A stretch of DNA of 64,000 nucleotides from a virus. The notes below the pieces were generated by a model that did no database searches, was not told the origin of the DNA, and was given only the letters and a program-made list of their open reading frames with translations. Position 1 is the stretch's first letter. Every line of letters starts with the position of its first letter. A program made the position numbers and the translations under genes. Positions 28,249-39,700 of this stretch are shown here, piece by piece. The stretch is taken from positions 32,001 to 96,000 of IMG/VR virus record IMGVR_UViG_3300027973_000028. One strand, written 5' to 3'.

Positions 28249-28617
28249 TTACCTCGACATAAACTTCGGTACACCGGTATTCACCGTATAATTATACATG
28301 TAATTTGAATCTAATGTTCCCTCTTCAAAGAAGGTAATTATATAGGCGAATCTTTCATTGTCATCCCTAAAACCTACTAGACATCGTGCTCCCGGATTTG
28401 GGGAAACTGTTTGGATTCCTGGTATTGTAGGGCACGGGACTCCGGATATAATGTTGCCCATTTCTCCAGAGTATTGATCATCTATTATAACATCAGCTGA
28501 ATTTGTTACTGGATCAAATTTCATTATTACGCCAGGCCTTGTTTTTGCCTGACGCATTCTTGAGTTATCAATTTTAGATTGAATTTTATTATCAAATTTT
28601 GGATAATTTATTGCCAT
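28249..28617 (-). CDS. baseplate spike N-terminal OB-fold-like protein (gpV-like)
   Basis: RPGVIMKFD...ADVII...GVPCP...PNPGARCLVGF matches the gpV/gp5 OB-fold pattern. Confidence 0.6.
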   Translation of the reverse strand: MAINYPKFDNKIQSKIDNSRMRQAKTRPGVIMKFDPVTNSADVIIDDQYSGEMGNIISGVPCPTIPGIQTVSPNPGARCLVGFRDDNERFAYIITFFEEGTLDSNYMYNYTVNTGVPKFMSR

Positions 28618-28638
28618 TGTTTTTCCTTAGTTTTAATT

Positions 28639-30700
28639 TTAAGAACCTAAATTTACTTTTGGATAATCAACTCCGTCAATCCAATTCTCTAGAATTGTTT
28701 TATTATTTTTTGCTATCCAAACATCTTTTTGCAGTGTTCTTGAATTAGATAGAGATTCAGACATCAAAAATTCTTTTAAGTTTTCTTTTGTTTTTCCAGT
28801 CATTTTATTATAAACATCATAAGCGTCTGCAAATCTACAAAATGATCCACTAGTTGAAGAAACCCATCCATATTTAGGCGCATTAGAACCGCCATAATCT
28901 CCCCATGGGAATACTGGCAAATCATTAACGATGGATTTTATATTACCTCTATTTATTTTGGACCTAAGAAGCCATACTTGATTAGTTAAATTCCACAATC
29001 TTGTATCATAATTTCCTATTCCTTTATCTTGTGTTTTTCCTTGATCTTTAATTTTTTGAAAAATTTGTTCATTTGTTAAATTTTCTTTTTGCCAATTTAC
29101 ATAAGCCATTTTTCCAAATGGATCAATTTTTTCTGGTTGTGGCAATTTTATATAAACTGGAATATTCCCACCGTCTGTCGAACCTGCAGATATTTGCCAA
29201 AGTCCAATTGCACCATATTGATCAACTATATAAACTCTTCTAAGCGATTCTCTATTTGATAATGCAACAAATATAGCTGCAGTTTCGTCAGAAAAATATC
29301 CTACTTCTGTTAATGCCAAAAATACTTCTTCCGGTTTAGGCGAGTTAGTATTTTTTGTAAAATCTCTTCTGAAAATATTTGTTGGCATTGGGCCATATGG
29401 AGATGGTTGGTTTAGGACTAGATTTACTGCTGACTTTGCTGCCGAAGAAGTTCCAGAAGCTGAAGCTGGATTGTATAAAAGCCCACCTGGACCCGAATAA
29501 ATGCCGCCTCTTGCTGGAGAAAAACCAATGTGTATATGGTTATCGTGAACCCCAGAAGTATCTCTTTTTAGTTTTAAGTATTTTAAATTTGGATACTTAG
29601 CCCATAATTGATTTGTCTTACTATCGTAAGTATCATAAGATTGATCTACATATTTTGCGGATACGGCAATGTAGTCTGGGATTAAGTACGGAGGCATTGC
29701 GTTCATTTTTTCCAATAAAATCATTAACTGTTCTACATGACCCTTAGCAGTATTAATGGGACTTGGATTTGATCCAGAAACTTTTTGTATTTTACTAAAA
29801 TCAAAAGCTCTACCAAAAGCATGATCTGTTATTGCATTTGCTACAGCTCCTTCAACTTTTGGAGAATCATTCTGTCTTTCAAGGCCAAACCCACCTCCAA
29901 TTTTTAATGATGAGCCAAAAGAGTCAGATAACAAAGCTAATAAAAATTCTGTTAATGACGCAGATACAAAGGCTCGTTCTGCTCCAGCAGATATTATATC
30001 TGCGGCTATTCTTCTGTCGATAGCATCGGTAAGTCCAGGGACTATAGTGCCTGTGTCATATACTGCTTCAGTATTTAAATTATTAATATCAAATAAAAAA
30101 CCAGCTTTAATACCAGTGCCTAATTTTGAGTCTAGTAAACCACCCCTCTCTGAATACCACGATTTTTGAACAGCGGTTAATTTGGAAATTCTTGCAATGG
30201 GCATTATTCCAGCGCCAACCATAGCAGATTGGCCATAACTTACCGAACTATGGCCATAGCCACCTACATTATATACGGTCTCAGATAATCCTCCAACAGA
30301 ATATTTTGATCTAATTGCAGAATCTAAATCACTAATTAATCCATCATTGTACTTCCTGCCAAAAGATCCGGAAGTTAAAAAATTAGATACTACATCTCCA
30401 GTGAATTTAGATTTATCTGTTACCTGATATTCAAAAGCACTTGTGGCTATCGAATTAAGGCTCTCCCTTGCCATATCTGCCCTAAACATATTTCCATAAT
30501 TTTCATTACCAAAAAGTTCTTTACCCGAAGCTGCCGAAAGAATATCGGTTGAGTTTAATGTTTGTCCTTCATATCCGTCTTTCTGCTAAAGAAGTTTTTG
30601 TAATTGCTATTCCATTTTTAGGAACGATATTATCAACTATTGCTTTAGTGAAAGATTTAGAATCAGCTAAATTTTCGGAATTGATATTAAAAAAAGACAT
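28639..30700 (-). CDS. virion-associated lysin (M15-like Zn peptidase plus SLT-like lytic transglycosylase), about 686 aa, joined across a +1 frame change at CGG 30575-30577
   Basis: A 43-codon ORF (ATG 30700, SD AAGGTGG) continues in the +1 frame into ORF 28639..30489. It contains DHAFGRAFDF...HDNHIHIGF (H-x6-D...HxH) and ALSNRES...GAIGLWQI (catalytic Glu and GLxQ). Confidence 0.75.
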
Positions 30701-30701
30701 A

Positions 30702-33700
30702 TTATTCCACCTTAGTTGGTATTCCAACAGAATCTATTGCTTTATTAACTGAATCAGATTCCGTTAATAAATCATTTGTAAAAACAGTAGCTAAGTTATT
30801 TACTACTAGTTCCCAGTTAAGGGTATATGGGGTTCCATCATCATAGTACTCGTCCCACAGCACCATTGGCCATCTTGAAGCTGATTTATATATTTGCTCT
30901 AATCTCTTCATTTCCACCATTGCGCAGAATAGTTTTCTAAGTTCTGGATTAGTTATTTCGCTATTCCCAATTATGTAGTTTGAAATATGATCTACTAAAG
31001 CAGAGGAATAAATAGAATCAAAAATAACTTGATATTTTGTACGCATAACTGAATCAAAAAAACTATCTTTAAAAGCTTTTTCTATTTTTGATTTATTAAA
31101 ATTATTAGAAACAAATAAATTATATACAAAATCTTTAAGGCTAATTAGCTTTTCTCCAGAAACGTTATAGAAGATAGTAGCGAGTGTTCTATCGTATATT
31201 TCTTTTAGATAATTAGTTTCTTTATTAAAACCAGCACCGGGTTCAAAATTTTCTATATCAGATTCACTAGCAAGTCCGCCTGTTTCTCTTGATTTTTTAA
31301 CTCTTAATAAGAATACTTTATTTTTTAATGCATTTAATGTAAACTGAGTACTTTTGAAACCTGGAGAAGATTTATCAATTATTTCTACTTCAGATGGTTG
31401 TTGATTATAATAAGCTGAAGTTATAATCGATTTTTCAGGAGCATTTATTCCATCAAAACGAACTTTAATTTTTGCATTACTCAATATATCGATGACATGT
31501 ATTGTATCGGCGTCAATTACTCCGCTTTCTTCTATGCCTGTTGTTGTATCTAATCTGCAGAATATTTTAAAGAATGGTTCAAATGTAGTTTTTTCTGGGC
31601 CAAGACCAGAAAGGTTAAGAACCTGTGCGTGAACTAGAGCATTTTCGTAACTTATATATCTAACTAATTCTTTTATTTCTGTTTCCTGCCAACCAAGACT
31701 CTTAAATATATCATCACTTCTAACGTATGCATAGCCGTCTGATGTTCTGACTTTTCTTCTTACGCCCAACATGCCTGGTAGCAACGCTTTTGAATGGTAT
31801 CTTCCAACAACCATTCCCTGATTATAAGAAAGACCAGCGTCCATTGGTTGTCCATTTTTATTTAGATATTGGACATAACATCCGTGTTGATCTAATAGAT
31901 TATCTCTGACCCACTGCCAACCCTTCCAGGCAAGCTGCCCGAATATTGGCACTGCCGCAAGCCCGAGTAGGGCTGATCCACCCACCAACCCAACAGCTGC
32001 AGAACCACCAACAACTCCAGTTATTGCTGCCGCCGCTGTTCCGCCAGATACCGTGCCATTGTTTCCGTTAATTCCAGCTTGGTTTCTAATTGCATCAGTA
32101 AAGGTTGTACTTGAATCAAAACTACCGTGTGTTAGACTTGCAACAACATCTTTTATAAGAGCAGAAGAACCATGCGTATACTGTATCCCACCAAGCATTT
32201 GAGGATTTAAATTTTCTGCAAGTCTGTCAAGGGATATATCTCCACCAAGAGTTATCCCAGAATTATCTGCCCTAATAGCATCTAAGAATAATCTTGTGTC
32301 ATTTCTTATTGCCTGCATGTTCATCCATGAATCGATCCATGATGTCATAAACCATTTTGCTGGGTCATTTACGGTTACAAGTGCATTGGGGGTTATTGAG
32401 GTTACAAAACCAAGTTCAGAAGTAAAGTGATGAATAACTTGCTCTACTTCGAATAAGCCATACATTCGTTCATACACGTCAGCTATGTAAACTATGTCGT
32501 GTGGCCTTATATCTGGATTGCCTACAATTAATAATTCTCCACTATATATATCTTTAATATTTTCTTTAAGATGTGAAAGGGCAACTCTTTTAGCCGCTAG
32601 CTCATCAGGAGCACCGGTTGCGTTTTTTGATAATCCTCTTCCGGTTTCAAACGGATGCAAAAATGGATGTAAGAATCCAAAGAATCCACTTCCAACAATA
32701 TTGTCAAAATATATTCCAGTTTCAACTGTTGATTCCATTTGCCTTTCTGCCGGTGCACCTTTGTCAAGGGCTACTGTAACTGGATATTTTCCATCAGATA
32801 CTGCTGTAATAACAGTGGAAACATTTGTTGTTGTTTCCTGAATCTGGTTTGAAAGAATATGGCTAAAGGAACTTAGGTAATGTATTCTTTGAAACGGTTC
32901 CCTAATTTCTACTACTGGTTCTCCATACTCTCTTGTGAATGGATTATCAACAGCTCTTAAAAGCGAACCAGATCTACCAAGTTGATAATAAATAGAATCA
33001 TTGAGAGCTCTGTTTAGAATATTTGCTTGTTTTGATAGAGAACCTACTTGAGACAATCCATAACCAGTTTGTAACATATTTAATTTAAACATATTAATCA
33101 TACCAGTCAATGCTGTTCCCATCGCACTAAAGATAGGACCTATGTTTCTATCCCAAAAGTTATCTAATCCACTAGTTGCTCTTGTTACAAAGTTTGAGGC
33201 TGTGCTGCCTTCGCCCTTATTGTTGTATAATAATTGTAAAAATTTCTTTTTATCTTTAGCATAAGTATTGTTTGGATTAATAAACGCTGCAAATATTTTA
33301 TCTATGGCTCTAAAATCCCACTGATCTCTACCCGCAGCAGTACCTAAGCCAGCGCCTATTTTTCTAGATGGCCTAAGCACTAGCCAAGCTCTTGCATATG
33401 GGTCTGCCCACATAGCTTGTCTAAATAAACCAACTACTACAAGAAATAATTGTTGAGGAGTTTTAATTAGCGGATTGTCTTCTGTAGGCTTTTGTCCGCT
33501 TAACTCTTCTAAGACTTCACTATTATCTATTAAAAAGTTTTGTCTAAACGCTTTTATCTTATCTAAGGTCATCAAATTAAAATATTCAATTAGTCCACTT
33601 TCTGATGCTGGTGCATCTATAAAGTTTTTTCTTGCAAATTCTATTGCCGCTGTTCTTGATGCTGCTTCTTCGTTTCCAAATAAAATTGCAAATTCATCGT

Positions 33701-36700
33701 TAGCCGTACCACCAGTATCTTTAAACTTTTTAAATATATCTTTTGGTATATTTCCATCAACAAACGCACTCATTATTTCTTGCGAAAAATCATCTTGACT
33801 GTCAGGGTCTAATCCAAAAGTATCAAAAAATATTGTTTTAACAGAACTGTAAGTATGATATCCAAATCTAAATTGATCCCATATATCCTGAGCTATGTCT
33901 AAGTTTCTTCCATCTCCAGCAATAACTGAAACGCTTTGATCATATCCTTCATCGTAATATTTTCTTGCTTCAATTGATATTGAGTCTGCTAAGCTAAAAA
34001 CTTCTTTAAATTGCTTTCTACCGTCAGCGGAGAAAGTTAAGGGGTCACCAGTCTCTGCTGATTCCTTATCTAATATATCATAACCCTTATCTCTACTGGT
34101 TACAGTTGCTATATCTCCATATATATTCTTATAATAATCTGTATAGTTTCCTGAATAGGTAAAAATTGAGTCAGGTGATAATTCAGCTAGAGAATAATAT
34201 TCACCAACACTAGTTCTATATTTTTCATAATCATCCAATCTATCGGGAACAAAACCCTGTATCCCACCACTAAGCCCAGCTCCCTTATAGCCAGCTTTTT
34301 GCGTAGCCTTTAAAATATTGTCTGTTGCCTCAAAGTTGCCAAAACCAATTAGAAAATCTTCAAGTTGCTTATCTGAATCATCTACTAATGTAAATTTTTT
34401 GCCCGGAACAAAGGCACTTGTTGCTACACCTAATGGTATCGTGTTTGGGACAAATGCAAAATAACATTCTCTTGGAATTGGAAGATCACTATATCCCTTA
34501 CCTTTATTGAACAATTTTTTTTGACCATCAGAAAAAATAACATCATCACCAGAAACTATTCCAAGAAAGTATGCTGCGTCTGGAGAAACAACAGCATCTA
34601 TTGTTTTTTCATCTATATCTAAATTATATTCACTGCTACCACTAGATGTCCCTTCTGAAAGAAAATTTGATTTATTTTCTCCCCAAAGAAAGTACGCTGG
34701 TTTGCAAACTACGCCATTATTTGTATCTGGATTATAAACTAATACGTGGGCATTTTTGTAATCTTGTACACTTCCGATTAATTGATTTGTTTCTGAATTA
34801 AAATATTTTTTTGTAAATTTTGATATTTCAGATTCATTTAAATTTGGTTTGTATGGCCATCTCATGGCGATATAAAACTGTTCATCAGCTACACTTCTTG
34901 GCATTCCCCATTCAGAAAAGTCTATTTCTGATGTATTCGTTTTTCGGGGAAGTGGCATTGATATAACAAAAGACTCTGAACCGATTACATCTTCAATCGG
35001 TATAGTAAAATTATATGAGTTTTGAGCAACATCGGATATTTGTTCTGGAGAAAGTTTTCTTTCGATTACATTTATATTATCAAGAAACAAGTTTGAGGCA
35101 AAGGAGTCTCCGTAGACAGAGGTAACGCTTTCTATATAATTATCGTATACATCCTGATTTGTTTCTGAAGCTATTCCATCATCGTCACCGCTGCCAAAGA
35201 TTTTGCGGAAAGCCCATTTACCAGCTACTAGTGGAGCATTAGTGAACAATTCACCAATCGTAGCAGTTGTGTTTAGTACGTCTTCAGTGATGTCTAATCC
35301 TCTACGAAATTTAGAATATCCATCAATTGAATCGTATTGAAATGCAAAATTTTCCAAACCATAATCACCGCGTACATCAGCTCTGTTTGTAAACATAGGG
35401 AATCTAAATCTTGAAGGAAGCTGAGGAATTTGACTATGCACTAATGATGAGGATATAACTGTAGAAGTTGTTTTATTTTGTCCATTAAAAACAGGATAAA
35501 CCGGAAGGTGGAAACCCATTGTAACTACACCTTTTGTTTTTGGTATTTTTCCTACCGTTTTTCCTGCTGAGTTAATTAAACTTTTTGATTTATTAGAATC
35601 AAAATTAATTACTTGACCCTTTAGTTTTGCTGAAGTTCCATAATATTGTTGTGCGTTTTTTTGCAAAGATGTTAGCTCAGCGATTGTATCTGTTAATTCT
35701 GTATCCCTAAGAAATGCATTTGCGTCTGCGTATGAACTACTGTTTTTATTTATTTCAGTTATTATTTTACTCAACTCAAAATCTGGACTGACTATTTTAG
35801 GACCCATACTTATCCCAAGTTCACCCATTTTTTCATTGCCCGGGTATCCAGTCGTCACTGGTACAACGCCAGAAGTGTATAGCCAGTGAGGCTTGCCGTA
35901 AAATACTGTTGATCTATCTTCAAACGGTCTCACTGCAACTATGTAATTTGGAAGTAGTTTTGCACATGTTTGGAATAGATCCCAAACAGATCTCATATAA
36001 GTTTGAGCCCTAAATGAAACTTCATCAAAACCAGGCATGTCGTCATCTAAAGTTGACGTTAGACCTAACATATTAAATATACTATTGCCTCCCCTTGTGC
36101 CAAGTACTCCAAGAAGACCAGCACCAACACCAACTGTAATACCAATTGGTCCACCAACAACTGCAGCTATACCAATTAAACCGCCCATGGTAATTGCTGA
36201 TCCAGTAGTTGCTGAACCAGTATTATCTCTTATTTTTCCAGCACCAGTTAAGCCCTCAATAGCTGTTTTTGCGTCGGGATTTTCTTCTCCATATTTTTGA
36301 ACAAGTCCATTCCAACTTCTATCGGTTAATCTGGACAAATATTCTATTCTTTCATTTGGTTGAGAAACTGGAGTTATCGAAGATACAGATGTCCAACCGT
36401 CACCCAAGTCTCCACCAAGAAATTGAGCTATTCCTGTTCCGTTTCCTGGGTAAATATTTCTTTTAAATATTTCAAAATCTCTCGATTGCGAAAAGTTTGA
36501 CCATAATTGATTCATCAAAGAAAATACTGGAGTTCTAAACTCATTTGTCCCAACAGCCATATCTAATGCAGCTCTTCCGGATCCAGAAGCATCCCCCGTA
36601 CCAACTGCGTTATAAGCATCTGCTATAGCATCTATTCTTGCTTGATGCTTTCTTTCTTCATCTGTAGTAAGTGGTTCATAAACAATAGAACCAAAATGTC

Positions 36701-39700
36701 TTATCCCAAATTTATTTTCAGAAAAAACTAAACCCCTATTAGCGTATGCAATACCCTCTCTAAACCTAGACGCCCCCATGGAAAGAAGTCTCACCATTAG
36801 ATCTCTTGGTTCAGAAAGCCAAAGACCAGTATTTATTCCACCATCTATTTTTCCACTATCGCCTTTTTTGTTGGTAGAGTTTACAACGGCACCAAGTTCT
36901 ATTGCATCTGATTGTGCTGTAACCGTAACTATTTCACCAAGTTCTACCTGGCTGATAACACCATTAAATAAAGTTTGAAGCGAGTTTGGATTTGCTCCAT
37001 AGCCGCCCCTCAGGTGAACTCTAACACCTGGTTTTAATCTTATGTTTTCTATATCAACAACATAATCATTTTGCATATGCGCCAATACATTTCTGGCTTT
37101 ATTTAAAGTGACATCTATTATACTTGAAAGACCATCGGTAAGACCAGGATTATCTTGAGAGTATTCTGAATCTACAGAAAAAAATGAAGATGATTCTTTT
37201 GTTGAAAGTTTTGAATAAAGATTAGATACTCTAAAAACCAATGTATCACCAAGAAGATCTTCAGATTGTATAACCGAAAAATCTATTATTGATTGAAGTC
37301 CATAGAAGTTATCAAACAGTTTAACGCCGGCAAAATATCCACCTTCATCTATCAACCATAGCATATAGGTCGGGAATGCTCTTAACATTCTTCCGGATAC
37401 ATCTCTATACTGAGTGTCAACCAACATTTTCTCCCAGTGAGATTCAACTGTGTCTACTGGTTTTGAACTATTCATTACTTCTGGGCTTGTGCCAGCGCCG
37501 TGTGAATATGGTTGTTGATAATTTGAATAGGCCGTTGAACCAGCTATTGCTGATTTAGTAGCAGAGTACGAGGGGTCAGAATGCTTATCTGATATTCCCC
37601 TAGGTTCTATCTTTGCTCCTTTTTCAGTTTTCTTTACATTCACCCCGTCTAATGTAAGATAAAATCTTCCATCTTTATCAGAGTCAATATATCCCAGATT
37701 GGTACCAAGAGCTGTTTGTATCGAAGCTGGTATCTTGGATGGTTCATCTTTATCTTTTATCGGATAAATATTAATAATATGATGAAATTCTAATTCATCT
37801 GGATCAAAGCTTACTAACTCTTCATCTTTTAGATTATATTTTCCAGCTAAGGTTGCTTTTAACTCTGATAAAAGTTCAGAACTACCAGAACTAATGCTAC
37901 CGACTTGATAAGGAGCGGATGACACCTTGTTCATGAATTCCCCTACAGCTTCATCTTCTGTCTCTGTATATTCTAGGTAATCTGTAATTAAATTTTTCTT
38001 TAAAAAATTTATTCTACTTCTTTCATTTGAATTATCCATTCCAAAATAATTTGGATCATAAATTACTTTTTCAAAAACAGAAATAAATTGATCAAAATTT
38101 ATATCAGTTTTTTCAATAAAATAAATTACATCGTTTAATACTTGTTTTCTAGCATCTTGAACAAGACCATTTGTTGAATCTGAAGATGGATATGTTCTTA
38201 AGAAGTTAACTATTTCATTTGCTATATGAGAATGCATTTCTTTAGTTATTTTTTGTCCGACGCCATCATTCGGGTTTGGAATATCTAATTCTTTTGGAGC
38301 TGTAGATATATTATTTATAATATCTTTATCAAACATATCAAAGCTTCTAAAGTAGAAGTCTGGATCTAAGTGGCCAACAGTTTCATTCTTATTATTTTTT
38401 ACCTCAAGAGGAAGATCTGGGTATGCGTTGAATAATCCCCACATCTGTTTTATTCTAAGGAATGGATTTCTTTTGGTAGAAAAATGTTCTATTAATTCTC
38501 TTTGTTGATTTGAGTCTAATTTTTCTCTAGCTTGTTGAAACACATCAAAGTCAATCAAACTTATATTTACTTCATATACATGTGGAAAACCTGGAATTGT
38601 ATTAACTGAAAAATTAGATGGCAGAACATATTTAACGCCAGACAACGCAGTGACTATATTTTTTATTCCAATAAAACCAAGAACACCTGTAGAATGCTCT
38701 AATCTTGCAAGTGCGTTAACGTGATCAAATATTCTTTTTAATTTAGTTAATTCTTTTTCTCCAATAATTTTCATTGAAATATTAATAAAAGTATCTTTGC
38801 CACCTATGTGTTGATACGTCGGTTCGTCTTGCATTTGCAATTGCAACTTGGCGATGTTGTTACCGAGTGTCAACGACACGCCAGTAACTATCGCTGCGGC
38901 GGGGTCAAGATCTATTTTCAACATGGGGACTTCCCATTCTCTAAATGTAAATGCTCCCTGCTTTGCCCTCGCTGCTTCAAGTAGTTCTTCTATTGGTGCA
39001 CTTTTAAAGAATTTTTCATAAAGTGTTAAATTAAATCCTTGTTTAATTTGATCTTTAACTCTATTATAAATATTTTTATATGCCGTAGATCCTTGTGCTA
39101 CTGTATTGGGAACTTCTATCCCGGCTTTTCTGGCTTGACTATCTGCTATTGCTTTTGTCTGTTGCTCCAAAAGACCTTTGGATGTTTTAGCAATGTCTTT
39201 TAACAGCTTCTTCATTGTTTGAAGATTGGTATCTTCATATGAAACAGAATTAAATATATAAGTTTTTGTTCCAGCTTGTGCTGGAATATTTGTACTATCA
39301 AAATCTAAGATATAACTTTGCTCTACGCCGTCTAATGAATTTTCTTTAACAAATAATGTTGCAGCATAACTATAAACTTTTTTACGATATTCGTTATCAT
39401 TTAATCCAGCTGTTAAAATATCCATTATTGTCAATAGGTGATATCTTATGTTTGGATTAATTCCAGTGTTCTTGGATAAGCTATATGTACCACTTAAGCT
39501 CAACCCGTATCCAGCTGATTCATTTATGTCTATTCCAAAACCATTTAAAATTTTTCCCCAATAGTCTTGGCCTTGATCGCTAAATAATCTTTCTTCATCA
39601 TTTCTGAATGAAGTAGCGTCAGGTAAAAATATTTTTGTTTGAGTTTCTGCTGGAACATAAAAGCTTATATTTCTTCCATCGTTCCACTCTGATACAATAT

